A stretch of DNA of 64,000 nt from Dehalococcoidia bacterium (GCA_964291495.2 OZ219871.1:1024001-1088000), one strand, 5' to 3'; counted from the stretch's first letter, positions 16,100 through 27,167 are shown. Notes: generated by a model not told the origin, from the sequence alone. A program made the numbers and translations.

Positions 16100-17476
16100 A
16101 TGACCACCACCCCGCCCGGCGACCTCCCGGACGACGCCACCCTCGCGGCCTACGCCGAGGCCGTGCGCGGCCTGCTCGCGCGCGGCGGCTACGAGCGCAG
16201 CGGCGATCCACGCGAGGCGAAGCGCTTCCGCCTGAGCCACATCGAGGCGTTCCTCGAGGCCGCCGGACGCCCGGACCGGCGGCGCACCGTCCACATCGCC
16301 GGCTCAAAGGGCAAGGGCTCGACCGCGGCGCTGGTCGAGGCGCAGCTGCGCGCCGCCGGCGCGCACACCCTGCTGCTCACCTCGCCCGATCTGCACCAGG
16401 CCCGCGAGCGCGTGCGCATCGACGGCGAACCGCTCGGCCACGCCGCCTTCGCCCGCCTCGCGCGGGCGTTGCTGGACGACGCGGCGACCGAGGGCTGGTC
16501 CTACTTCGAGCTGCTGACCGTGCTCGGCTGGCTCGCGGGCGCGGAGGCCGGCTGCGACTGGCAGGTGCTGGAGGTCGGCCTCGGCGGGCGGCTGGACACG
16601 ACGAACGTCGTCGCCGCCTCGAAGGCGGTCGCCGTGATCACCCCGCTCGACCTCGAGCACACGGCGATCCTCGGCGACACGATCGAGCAGATCGCGGCGG
16701 AGAAGGCGGCGATCATCCGCGCGCCCGGCGCCGCCGTCGCCGCGCCGCTGCGCGAGCGCGCGCTCGACGTGGTGCGCGCGCGGGCATCCGAGGTGGGCGC
16801 GACGCTGCACGAGGTGGCGGCCGAGTGCGCGCTGCGGGTGACCGCGCAGGGTCTCGACGGGCAGACGCTGGACCTGCGCACGCCGCTGCGCACCTACCGG
16901 CGGCTGCGGCTGCCGCTGATCGGCCGCCACCAGGCGGAGAACGCGGCGACAGCCGTGCGCGCGGCGGAACTGGCGTGGGACGCCGCCGGAGGCGAGCTGC
17001 CCGAGGCGGCCGTGCGCGACGGTCTCGCCTCGGTGCGTTGGCCCGGACGCTTCGAGGTGCTGCGCCAGCGCCCGCTGGTGGTGCTGGACGCGCTGCACAC
17101 GCCGCTCGCGGCGGAGCGGTTCCGGGAGACCCTGCGCGAGCTGCCGCTGCCCCATCCGCATGTGCTGGTGGCTGGCCTGCTCGCCGGCCGCGACGTGCCG
17201 TTGCTGGCCGCGCCGCTGCTCACCGGCGGCGAGACCGTGATCGTCGCCCCGCCGTCCTCGGAGCGGGCGGCCGATCCCTCGCAGGTCGCCGCCGCCTTCG
17301 CCGCGGCGGGCGCGGTCGTGCAGCAGCAGCCGAACGTCGCGGCCGCCCTCGCTCTGGCGCGCGCGCTGGCCGGCGAGGGGGGCGCCGTCTTCGTCGTCGG
17401 CAGCCTCTACACCGTCTCCGAGGCACGCGAACAGCTCCTCGGTGTGAGCGGGGACCGCGCACTCGGGTTGCGCTAG
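16100..17476 (+). CDS. folC: Folylpolyglutamate synthase/dihydrofolate synthase
   Basis: HIAGSKGKGST, SYFE, LEVGLGGRLDTTNV, EHTAILG, HQAENA, WPGRFE, GSLY. Confidence 0.92.
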   Translation: MTTTPPGDLPDDATLAAYAEAVRGLLARGGYERSGDPREAKRFRLSHIEAFLEAAGRPDRRRTVHIAGSKGKGSTAALVEAQLRAAGAHTLLLTSPDLHQARERVRIDGEPLGHAAFARLARALLDDAATEGWSYFELLTVLGWLAGAEAGCDWQVLEVGLGGRLDTTNVVAASKAVAVITPLDLEHTAILGDTIEQIAAEKAAIIRAPGAAVAAPLRERALDVVRARASEVGATLHEVAAECALRVTAQGLDGQTLDLRTPLRTYRRLRLPLIGRHQAENAATAVRAAELAWDAAGGELPEAAVRDGLASVRWPGRFEVLRQRPLVVLDALHTPLAAERFRETLRELPLPHPHVLVAGLLAGRDVPLLAAPLLTGGETVIVAPPSSERAADPSQVAAAFAAAGAVVQQQPNVAAALALARALAGEGGAVFVVGSLYTVSEAREQLLGVSGDRALGLR

Positions 17477-17514
17477 ACTGTGGCCCGGTAATCGGTCACG
17501 TCGATGGAGGCCGG

Positions 17515-18777
17515 ATGACGCAACGCAATGGCAGGGATCGCCGCGTTGTCGTGACCGGCATGGGCGTGATCTCTCCCCTCGGCAGCACCGTCGACGAGCT
17601 GTGGGAACGCGCGCTCAACGGCGAGTCCGGCATCACCGCGCTGACGGCGATCGAGCCCGGCGACTACCCCTGCAAGGTCGCCGGGCAGGTGCATGACTTC
17701 GAGCCCAACGAGTGGATGGACCGCAAGGACGCGCGCCGCATGGCGCGCTTCTCGCAGTTCGCGATCGCCGCCGGCAGGCAGGCGATTGCCGACGCCGGAC
17801 TGGACCTCGAGGCAATCGACCGCCACCGTGCCGGGGCGCTGCTCGGCACCGGCAACGGCAGCCTGCCGCACGCCGACCAGGCGATGCGCACGATCCTCAG
17901 CCGCGGCGGGCACCGCCTCGACCCGCTCTATATGGCGAAGATGCTGCCGAACATGGCCGCCGGAAACCTCACCATCCAGCTCGGCCTGCGCGGCTACACC
18001 AACACCGTGACCACCGCCTGCGCGGCCGCCACCCAGGCGATCGGCGACGCGACCGAGGTGATCCGCCGCGGCCACGCCGACGTGATGCTGGCCGGGGGCA
18101 CCGAGGCCGGCATCTCCGAGCTGGGACTCGCCGGGTTCTGCGCGATGCGCGCCCTCACCACCTCCTACAACGACCGCCCCGGCGAGTCGTCACGCCCCTT
18201 CGATCGCGACCGCGACGGCTTCGCCCCCTCGGAGGGCGCGGGGGTGCTGGTGCTCGAGGAGCTCGAGCACGCCCGCGAGCGCGGCGCAGAGCCCCTCGCC
18301 GAGGTGGCCGGATACGGCGTCACCGCGGACGCGACCTTCCTCGTCGCGCCGCCCGAGGACGGCGGCGGCGCCGCGCGCGCCATCCAACTCGCCATCGAGG
18401 ACGCGGGCATCACCCCGGGTGAGGTCGACTACATCTCCGCCCACGCCACGGCGACCGAGGTCGGCGACATCGCGGAGACGCGGGCGATTCGCTCGGTCTT
18501 CCGCGAGGACGCGGATCGCATCCCCGTGACCGCGTTCAAGTCCCAGATCGGCCACCTGCTCGGGGCCGCGGGCGGCGTCGAGGCGGTGGCGGCCGTCCAG
18601 ACGCTGCGCACCTCGACGATCGCGCCGACCATCAACCTCGAGAACCCCGATCCCGAGTGCGACCTCGACTACGTCCCGCTCCAGCCGCGCGGCGCCGATG
18701 TGCGCACCCTCGCCAAGAACTCCTTCGGCTTCGGCGGCCAGAACGCCGTGCTGATCCTGCGCCGCTTCGAGGACTGA
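17515..18777 (+). CDS. fabF: 3-oxoacyl-ACP synthase II
   Basis: RRVVVTGMG, TTACAA (Cys), HATAT, KSQIGHLLGAAG, NSFGFGG; ATG 17515 after GGAGG. Confidence 0.95.
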   Translation: MTQRNGRDRRVVVTGMGVISPLGSTVDELWERALNGESGITALTAIEPGDYPCKVAGQVHDFEPNEWMDRKDARRMARFSQFAIAAGRQAIADAGLDLEAIDRHRAGALLGTGNGSLPHADQAMRTILSRGGHRLDPLYMAKMLPNMAAGNLTIQLGLRGYTNTVTTACAAATQAIGDATEVIRRGHADVMLAGGTEAGISELGLAGFCAMRALTTSYNDRPGESSRPFDRDRDGFAPSEGAGVLVLEELEHARERGAEPLAEVAGYGVTADATFLVAPPEDGGGAARAIQLAIEDAGITPGEVDYISAHATATEVGDIAETRAIRSVFREDADRIPVTAFKSQIGHLLGAAGGVEAVAAVQTLRTSTIAPTINLENPDPECDLDYVPLQPRGADVRTLAKNSFGFGGQNAVLILRRFED

Positions 18778-18908
18778 GCCGCCCCCGCCGCCCGGCCCGC
18801 GCCACCGCACCGCTGGTATGATGGTTGCGGCGGGGCGCCGGTCGTGGCGCCCCGTTGGCGTGCGCGCCGCGCAATCCTCCCCACGGATCGGGCCGGCGGA
18901 TCGGGCCT

Positions 18909-20897
18909 ATGGGCACCTGGGTCGGACGCTACGCCATCGTCGGCGGCGAGGTTCGCGAGGACGGACCTTGGCTCGCCGAGCAACTGCGCTTCAGCGACGA
19001 GGAGCGCGTCCATCTCTTCGTGCTCGCCGATCCCGCGGACGAGCGTTCCGCCGACTTCTGCCAGGAGGTCGCCAGCGCCGTCGCCGACCTGTTCGCGGCG
19101 GAGTCGCTGTCGCTGACCGGCGGGCTGCTGCGCGCGCTGCGCCAGGCGCACCGCAACCTGGCCGAGTGGAACAGCCGCTCGCTGCGCGAGCACCGCGTCT
19201 CGATCGGCGTCACCTGCCTGGCTGTGCGCGGCGACAGCGCGACCGTCGCCCAGGCCGGCCCCGGCGTCGTCTACGTCGCTGCTCCCGACGGCGTGCGCCG
19301 CATCACCTCCGAGGGCGCCGACGCCGCGCAGCCCCTCGGGGGAGTCGACCGGCTTGAGCCGCTGTTCACGGGGATGCCGCTCGAACAGACGAAGATCCTG
19401 GTGCTCAGCAGCGCCGCCGAGGAGGCGGCCGGGTCCGCGGCGATCAGCCAGGCGCTGGAAGGGGATCCGGACCGCGCCCTCGCCGAGGTCTTCCGCCTGA
19501 CCCGGGAGGTGGACGACATGACGGCGGTGCTGATCGCCGACGTGCCCGACGCCGCGACCGAACCCGCCCCCGTGGAGATCGATTTCCCGGACCGCGAGGC
19601 TCCCCCTGACGACCAGGGAGCAGCCGTCGCCGAACCTCCGGCGCCGATCATCACCTCGCCGGCTCCGCAGCCGGCGTCCGGCAGACGGCGCTTGCCGCGC
19701 CTGCGCCGCCCCCGACTGGCCGGCGCGCCGCGCAACCGGCGGCGCTGGCTGATCGCCGGGCTGCTGGTAGTCGCCGCGCTGCTCGCCTCGGCCGCCACGT
19801 ACTACCTGCCGCCGCTGTTCGAGAGCGATCCGCAGGCCGAGGTCGAAGAGCGGCTCAGCGCCGCCAACGCCTTCCTCGATGCGGCTGCCGAGAACGACGA
19901 CATCGCGTGGCAGCGCCAGCACTTCCAGGCGGCGCTCGCCGAGCTTGAGCAGGCGCGAGCGGCCGGCACCGAGGATCCGCGCATCAATGAGCTCCAGGCC
20001 GGCGTGCAGCAGCGCCTGGACGACCTCAACGGCGTCGTCGAGGTCGGCGATCTGCGGCGCATCCTGCAGTTCGCCGGATCGCTGAGCGCGCCCCTCACTC
20101 CGGCGAATCTCGTCCTCGGCGGCGACTGGCTGTGGCTGCTCGACGGCGATCGCGGGCGTGTCTTCGCGATCGATCCCGCGGGCCAGGAGCCGTCGCTCGA
20201 GGCGTACCGCGCGGGGGTGCGCTACGGCGCCGCCATCGCCGCGCGTCCCAGCGTCATCGCCTGGGACGAGGTGGCCGCCCGGCTGCTGCTGATCGACGAG
20301 TCGCGCAGGCTGTTCGACCTCGTGCCCGGGGAGCTGCCCACTGCCCTGCCGCTGCGCGACGCCGACGAACTGGGGACGATCGACTCCATCGCCGCCTACG
20401 AGGGCAACCTCTACGTCCTCGACACGCTCGGCGCCGAGGTCTGGCGCTACCGCCCGGTCGACGACGGCTTCGACACGGAGCGCACCGGCCTGATCGGCGG
20501 AACGCTGCCCGGCGCGGCGGGCGGCGCGCCGCACGAGGGCGCGCTGCGGCTGATCGTCGACGGCGATCTTCACCTGCTCGTCGGGGACACCGTCCGCCGC
20601 TTCAGCCTCGGCCGGCAACTGGGCCCGCTGCTGGAGGGCATCGATCGGCCGCTCAACACGCCGGTCGGCATCGCCCGCGATTCTGCCGACGGCGTCCTCT
20701 ACGTCGCCGACCGCGGCAACCGCCGCATCGTGGTGAGCGGCGACGATGGTGCGTTCCTGCGCCAGTTCGTGCACCCCACTCTGCTCGACATCCGCGCGCT
20801 CGCACTCTCCCCGGACGGCGCCACGATCTACATCCTCACCGGCACGAGCATCGAGGCCTTCGATCCCGCGGCGAACCTGCAGCCGGAGGCGGAGTGA
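18909..20897 (+). CDS. Membrane protein: PP2C-like N-domain, single TM, NHL/beta-propeller C-domain
   Basis: ALRQAHRNL...GVTCLAVRGDSATVAQAGP (PP2C-like, degenerate); TM WLIAGLLVVAALLA; YEGNLYVLD and LYVADRGNRRIV repeats. Confidence 0.7.
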   Translation: MGTWVGRYAIVGGEVREDGPWLAEQLRFSDEERVHLFVLADPADERSADFCQEVASAVADLFAAESLSLTGGLLRALRQAHRNLAEWNSRSLREHRVSIGVTCLAVRGDSATVAQAGPGVVYVAAPDGVRRITSEGADAAQPLGGVDRLEPLFTGMPLEQTKILVLSSAAEEAAGSAAISQALEGDPDRALAEVFRLTREVDDMTAVLIADVPDAATEPAPVEIDFPDREAPPDDQGAAVAEPPAPIITSPAPQPASGRRRLPRLRRPRLAGAPRNRRRWLIAGLLVVAALLASAATYYLPPLFESDPQAEVEERLSAANAFLDAAAENDDIAWQRQHFQAALAELEQARAAGTEDPRINELQAGVQQRLDDLNGVVEVGDLRRILQFAGSLSAPLTPANLVLGGDWLWLLDGDRGRVFAIDPAGQEPSLEAYRAGVRYGAAIAARPSVIAWDEVAARLLLIDESRRLFDLVPGELPTALPLRDADELGTIDSIAAYEGNLYVLDTLGAEVWRYRPVDDGFDTERTGLIGGTLPGAAGGAPHEGALRLIVDGDLHLLVGDTVRRFSLGRQLGPLLEGIDRPLNTPVGIARDSADGVLYVADRGNRRIVVSGDDGAFLRQFVHPTLLDIRALALSPDGATIYILTGTSIEAFDPAANLQPEAE

Positions 20898-20937
20898 GCG
20901 GCCGGACCGTACGGCTCGCCGCGATATCCTGTAGCGC

Positions 20938-21948
<1,011 letters not shown>

Positions 21949-21959
21949 CCCGCACCCGA

Positions 21960-22283
21960 CACCCGCCCTCGATCCGGCCCCCTCTCCCTGGGGAGAGGGC
22001 GGGGGTGAGGGGGCTCGTCGGCCTGGCTCCCGGCTTGATCGGTTGTTGCGCCCTCCGGGGCCCTTCGAGGGGCCCTCGAAGCGTTCGTTGCCCCTCGGGG
22101 CTTCGGTGCGCGCCTGCTGGCCGTGCTGGCGCGGCTGGATTCCGGCTTTCGCCGGAATGACGGGAACGGGCGCGGAATGAGGGAAGGGCGGACCCGGAAT
22201 GACGGAGGCGACGGAGCCGAGGGGTGTGGGGGCACAGCCCCCACGAAGCGGGGGCGCAGCCCCGCATCCATCGAGGGCGGGTG
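21960..22283. repeat. Composite palindromic element bounded by a 14-bp inverted repeat (MITE-like)
   Basis: CACCCGCCCTCGAT (21960-21973) / ATCGAGGGCGGGTG (22270-22283); contains both modules of the 6.8-kb repeat. Confidence 0.75.
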
Positions 22284-22347
22284 GGTGGGGAGAGGGAGCC
22301 GGATCCGGCCTCGGTGGGGCCGACGGCGTGAAGGGCGGGAAGGCGCG

Positions 22348-23637
22348 CTACGTGAGCGGGGTGCAGACCAGGTCGTAGGGGAGGGCGGTGTCGACGCGCA
22401 CGCGGACGAACTCGCCCGAGGCGTACTCGCCGCGCACGAAGGCGAGGCCGTCCACCTCCGGGGCGTCGCGGTAGCTGCGGCCGACGACGAAGCGCGAGCC
22501 GTCCTCCTGCTCGCTCGGCTCGTCCGACTCGATCAGCACCTCCAACTCGCTGCCGACCAGCTCGCGGTTGCGCTCGATCGAGATCTGCTGCGCCAGCTCC
22601 ATGAGGCGGCCGTAGCGCTCCGCCGCGACCTCGTGCGGCACGGCCTCGCCGAGGTCCGCCGCGGGCGTGCCGGTCTGCGGCGAGTAGGTGAACGCCCCGA
22701 CGTGGTCGAAGCGCTGCTCCTCGACGAAGTCGAGCAGCTCCTCGAACTCCTCCTCCGTCTCGCCGGGGAAGCCGACGATGAAGGTGGTGCGCAGCGCGGC
22801 CTCGGGCATCGCCTCGCGCAGCGTCTCCAGGCTGCGGCGGGCGACGCGCAGGCTCGGTCGCCGCATCCGCCGCAGCACGCTCGGCGATCCGTGCTGCAGC
22901 GGCATGTCGAGGTAGGGCGTGACGTTCGGCAGCCGCGCCATCGTCTCCGCGAGCCGGGGCGTGACGCGCCCGGGGTAGGCGTACATCAGCCGCAGCCAGC
23001 GCACCTCCGGGACCGCCTCGGCAAGCCGCTCCAGCAGCTCGGCCAGGCCGTCGCGCTGCGCGCGGTCCTCGCCGTAGGCGGTCGAGTCCTGCGCGACCAG
23101 CACCAGCTCGCGCACGCCCGAGGCTGCCAGCGCCCGCGCCTCCGCGATCAGCCAGTCCTCCGGCTCCGAGTGCATGCGGCCCTTGATCGTCGGGATGATG
23201 CAGAACGTGCACGGCCGGTCGCAGCCGTCCGAAATCTTGAGGTAGGCGCTCGGCCCCGTTGCCAGCAGCGCCGGCTGCGGGATGTCGAAGTCCGCCGAGC
23301 CCGAGCCAAGCGAGGCTGCGACGGCGTCCCAGGCCTCGACGCCGAACGTGGCGTCGACGGCCGGTACGGCGCGCCGCACCTCCGCCTCGGCGATCTGCGT
23401 GAGGCAGCCGAGCACGTAGAGCTGCTGGTCGGGCCGCCGCTCGGCATCCAACTCGGCGATCACCTCGAGCGACTCGTCCTTCGCGTCGTCGATGAAGCCG
23501 CAGGTGTTGACGAGCAGCAGCTCGGCCTCGTGTGCGGACGCCATCGCCTGGTGCCGGGCGTGGCGCAGCGCGCGCTCGAGCCGCATCGAGTCGACGGTGT
23601 TCTTGGCGCAGCCGAGCGTGACGAGGTGGTAGCGCAC
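22348..23637 (-). CDS. rimO: Ribosomal protein S12 methylthiotransferase
   Basis: LGCAKNTVDS, VNTCGFIDDAKDES, YLKISDGCDRPCTFC, LMYAYP, APEVDG, TRAM domain. Confidence 0.93.
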   Translation of the reverse strand: MRYHLVTLGCAKNTVDSMRLERALRHARHQAMASAHEAELLLVNTCGFIDDAKDESLEVIAELDAERRPDQQLYVLGCLTQIAEAEVRRAVPAVDATFGVEAWDAVAASLGSGSADFDIPQPALLATGPSAYLKISDGCDRPCTFCIIPTIKGRMHSEPEDWLIAEARALAASGVRELVLVAQDSTAYGEDRAQRDGLAELLERLAEAVPEVRWLRLMYAYPGRVTPRLAETMARLPNVTPYLDMPLQHGSPSVLRRMRRPSLRVARRSLETLREAMPEAALRTTFIVGFPGETEEEFEELLDFVEEQRFDHVGAFTYSPQTGTPAADLGEAVPHEVAAERYGRLMELAQQISIERNRELVGSELEVLIESDEPSEQEDGSRFVVGRSYRDAPEVDGLAFVRGEYASGEFVRVRVDTALPYDLVCTPLT

Positions 23638-23646
23638 GCGGGCGGC

Positions 23647-24399
23647 CTACTCGGGTTCCCTGGCCACCACCAGCGTGACCCCCTGCCCTGCCGCCAGCAC
23701 CTCGCCCGGCGCCGGTGTCTGGGCGAAGACGTGACCGGGCTCGGCCTCGCTGCTCTCGACCTCGACCACCAGCGCCGTGGTGCCGAGTTCGAGTACCCGC
23801 TGCTCCGCCTCGGCCTTCGTGAGGCCGCTGAGGTCCGGCATCTCCTCCGCGAGCGGCGTCGCCGTGCTCTCTGCGGTGGGGGCCACCGACCCTTCGCCAT
23901 TGGTCCCATCGTCGGAGCCGCCGAATCCGATGTTGGGCACGCCGAAGATAAACGCCGCGACGAGGACGATCGCCGCCGCGGCCGCAAGCAGGATCCAGCG
24001 CCGGCTGATGGCGGGCAGCACGCCCACGCCCTCGCGCAGCCGCAGGCCGGGCAGCGGATCGAGACCCGGCGGCTCCGGCAGGTTGTCAGGCAATCGCTCG
24101 ACCGCGTCCTCGGGATCGATGCCGAGGAAGCGGGCATAGAGACGAACGAAGCCGCGCACGTAGACGGGCGCGGGCAGCACGTCGAAGCGATCGGCCTCGA
24201 TCGCGTCGAGGTAGCCGTAGCTGATGCGCGTCTCCTCGGCGGCCTGATCGAGCTCAAAGCCGGCGGCGAGCCGGTGCTCGCGCAGCCAGCTGCCGAGGGT
24301 GTTCGGCAGGGCGCCGGTTTCGGGGCCGGGCGCGTTCGCTTCCTCGCCGTCCAGCGACGCGTTCCTGTCAGAGCGGCGGAACAACCCGCGCAACACCAC
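23647..24399 (-). CDS. RodZ-like HTH, TM and PASTA domain protein
   Basis: LGSWLREHR..ETRISYGYLDAIEADRFDVLPAPVYVRGFVRLYARFLG; C-terminal MPDLSGLTKAEAE...GHVFAQTPAPG...VTLVV. Confidence 0.85.
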   Translation of the reverse strand: MVLRGLFRRSDRNASLDGEEANAPGPETGALPNTLGSWLREHRLAAGFELDQAAEETRISYGYLDAIEADRFDVLPAPVYVRGFVRLYARFLGIDPEDAVERLPDNLPEPPGLDPLPGLRLREGVGVLPAISRRWILLAAAAAIVLVAAFIFGVPNIGFGGSDDGTNGEGSVAPTAESTATPLAEEMPDLSGLTKAEAEQRVLELGTTALVVEVESSEAEPGHVFAQTPAPGEVLAAGQGVTLVVAREPE

Positions 24400-25445
24400 T
24401 ACGCGCCATCGACGCCCGGGAACTCCACGAGCGACTTCAGCCCCTCCATCGCCAGCCTCGAGGCGTAGGCCTGCGGGGCGTGCTCGATCCCGTAGCGGTT
24501 TGTCACGACCTCATCGATGTGTGCGACGTGGGGGAGCAGCGCCACCGTGCGGCGGTACTGGTCGCTGGTGGCGTTCTGCGAGCCGGTCAGGATCACCTCC
24601 CCGTAGTGCACGAGGTTCGGGTCGAACGGCACGTCCTCGCCCGGCGGGAAGCCGGCGAAGAGGTTGACCACGCCCTGCGGCCGCACGAGCTCCAGCGCGG
24701 GTCCCACGAGGGCGGAGACGCCCACGGAGAGCACCACGCCGTCGGCGCCCGCGCCGCCGGTCGCATCACGTACGGCCCCGGTCACGTCATCGGTGGCGGG
24801 GTCGAGCACGAGGTCCGCGCCCCAGCGCGCCGCGATCGCGCGCCGCTCGGCGAGCGGCTCGCTCACGATGATCGGCGCGGCCCCGGCCGCGCGGGCGAGC
24901 AGCACGTGCAGCAGCCCCATCGGCCCCGCGCCGATGATCGCGAGCGAGCTGCCGATACCGGTGGCGCACAGCTCGAGCGAGGCGGTGACGCAGGCAGCCG
25001 GCTCGGTCAGCGCGGCCACGTCCAGCGGCAGCTGGTCCGGCGCGCCGATCACCTGTCCGCGCCCCACGATCTCGGCGGGCACCAGCAGCGACTCGGCGAA
25101 GCCGCCGTCGATGTCGTAGCCGAGCGTCCGGCGGTTGGTGCAGCGGTTGCGCTTCCCGGTCTGACAGAAGCGGCAGCGTCCGCAGGAGACGATCGGGCAG
25201 ATCACCACGCGGTCGCCCTCGGCGACGTCCGCGACGCCCTCGCCGACCTGGTCGACGACGCCGGCGATCTCGTGGCCGGGGATGACGCCGGGGCGGGCGT
25301 GCTTCTCACCCTTGTAGACTCGCACGTCCGAGGCGCAGAGAGAGGAGGCGGCCGTGCGCAGCCGCACCTCGCCGGGCCCGGCTTGCGGGGTGGGGCGGTC
25401 CTGGACGGAGATCTTGCCGGGCTCTTCGAAGATCGTCGCGCGCAT
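24399..25445 (-). CDS. Zn-dependent (MDR) alcohol/polyol dehydrogenase
   Basis: CASD, GHEIAG, CGRCRFC..C, GAGPMG. Confidence 0.9.
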   Translation of the reverse strand: MRATIFEEPGKISVQDRPTPQAGPGEVRLRTAASSLCASDVRVYKGEKHARPGVIPGHEIAGVVDQVGEGVADVAEGDRVVICPIVSCGRCRFCQTGKRNRCTNRRTLGYDIDGGFAESLLVPAEIVGRGQVIGAPDQLPLDVAALTEPAACVTASLELCATGIGSSLAIIGAGPMGLLHVLLARAAGAAPIIVSEPLAERRAIAARWGADLVLDPATDDVTGAVRDATGGAGADGVVLSVGVSALVGPALELVRPQGVVNLFAGFPPGEDVPFDPNLVHYGEVILTGSQNATSDQYRRTVALLPHVAHIDEVVTNRYGIEHAPQAYASRLAMEGLKSLVEFPGVDGA

Positions 25446-25523
25446 CGAGTGTCCCGGTTCCTCACTGTCGCCGTCGGGCCGCGGGCCTGTGCCTCGCAGT
25501 ATCGCAGCGTGCGGCGAGGGCTG

Positions 25524-27167
25524 CTACTCGCCGCCGCCGCGCAGCCCCGCCAGCCACTGCACGCCCGCGTGGTACTCGCGGCTCCCGAGCACTGCCGCGG
25601 CCGCGAGGAAGGCGAACAGCCCCCCGAGGCCGCAGGCCGCCGTCAGCACAAGCGAGCCGAGCAGCTCCTTCGGATCCGCCCCCGCCGCGCGCAGCAGGAT
25701 CAGCAGCAGGATCAGCGTCAGCACCATCACCAACGTCGCCAGCAGCGTGTGCCCCGCCGAGACCGCGAGCGCCGAGGCGTCGAACCCCTCGAGGCGGCCG
25801 CGCAGCGCCCGGAGCAGCAGCAGCAGCTCCACGATCGCTGCGACGGAGGCCGCCGCCGCCAGTCCGCGAATGCCGAGCGGCTCCACCAGGGCGGCGCAGA
25901 GCACGACGTTGATCACCATCCCGACCAGCGCGAACGTGACCGGCGTGCGCGTATCGGACAGCGCGTAGAAGCCGCGGCTGAGGATCTCGATTGCCGCGTG
26001 CGCCCAGACCGCGACCGCGTAGATCGTGAGCGCCTCGACGACGAGGTTTGTGGAGGCCGCGTCGAAGGCGCCGCGCTGCAGCAGCAGCCGCACCGCCGGC
26101 TGGGCGAGCAGGATGAGTCCAGCCGAGGCGGGGATCGCGAGGAAGAGGATCATCCGCAGCGTCGCGTCGAGCGAGCGGCGGAGGCTCGCGATGTCCTCGC
26201 GCGCGGCCTGCTGCGAGAGCTGCGGGAAGGCCGCCGTCGAGATCGCCATCCCGATCACGCCCACCGGCAGCAGCATCACGAGGAAGGCGAAGTTGATCGC
26301 GCTGATCGCCTCGTCCGAGATGAACGAGGCGAAGAAGATCACCACCACCAGGTTGACCTGCGCGGCCGCCAGCCCTACCACGCGCGGCCCCATCAGGCGC
26401 AGCACCTCGCGCACCCCCGCCGAGGCGACATCGACCGCGGGCCGCCAGCGCATGCCGACGGCGCGCAGCGCGGGCAACTGCACCAGCAGGTGCCCGCTCG
26501 CTCCGATCACCACGCCCCAGGCGAGGCCGTGCACGCCCCAGCGCTCCGCCAGCACCACCGCCCCGAAGATGATCCCGAGGTTGTAGAGGGAGGGCGCGAT
26601 CGCCGGAGCGAGGAAGTGCTGCCGCGCGTTGAGGATGCCGGTCAGCATGCCGGAGATGCCGAACAGCAGCGGCGAGATCAGCATCAGCCGCGTCAGCTCG
26701 ACGGCGAGCGCCTGCAACTCGGCCTCGCGCCCGCTCGCCTCGCCCAGTCCGGGCGCGAGCAGCGGGACGATCAGCGGCGCGAGCACAAAGCCGATCGCCG
26801 CGGCGACGAAGGTGGCGAGGGCGATCAGGTTGAGCACGCTCGAGGCGAGCCACCAGCCCTCGTCCTCGCTCTCGCGCAGCACGACGCGGCTGAAGGTGGG
26901 GATGAAGGCGGCGGAGAGGGTGGCGCCGGCGAGCAGCTGGAAGATCGCGTCGGGCACCCGGAAGGCGACCCAGTAGGCCCCCAACTCGGGCTCGGTGCCG
27001 AAGGCGTCGGCGATCGCGACCGAGCGCAGCAGCCCGAGCAGCCTCGAGGCGATGAAGCCGCCAGCGACGATCCCGGCCGCTCCGGCGGCGGTTCGCGGCG
27101 TCAGTCCCCGGCGCAGGATCCGGAGCAGTCGATGCACGAGCCCGGCCGCGGGCGGCGATGAGGCCAT
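25524..27167 (-). CDS. murJ: Lipid II flippase MurJ/MviN
   Basis: SRLLGLLR, AFRVPD, AFIPTF, RGFYALSDTRTP. Confidence 0.9.
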   Translation of the reverse strand: MASSPPAAGLVHRLLRILRRGLTPRTAAGAAGIVAGGFIASRLLGLLRSVAIADAFGTEPELGAYWVAFRVPDAIFQLLAGATLSAAFIPTFSRVVLRESEDEGWWLASSVLNLIALATFVAAAIGFVLAPLIVPLLAPGLGEASGREAELQALAVELTRLMLISPLLFGISGMLTGILNARQHFLAPAIAPSLYNLGIIFGAVVLAERWGVHGLAWGVVIGASGHLLVQLPALRAVGMRWRPAVDVASAGVREVLRLMGPRVVGLAAAQVNLVVVIFFASFISDEAISAINFAFLVMLLPVGVIGMAISTAAFPQLSQQAAREDIASLRRSLDATLRMILFLAIPASAGLILLAQPAVRLLLQRGAFDAASTNLVVEALTIYAVAVWAHAAIEILSRGFYALSDTRTPVTFALVGMVINVVLCAALVEPLGIRGLAAAASVAAIVELLLLLRALRGRLEGFDASALAVSAGHTLLATLVMVLTLILLLILLRAAGADPKELLGSLVLTAACGLGGLFAFLAAAAVLGSREYHAGVQWLAGLRGGGE

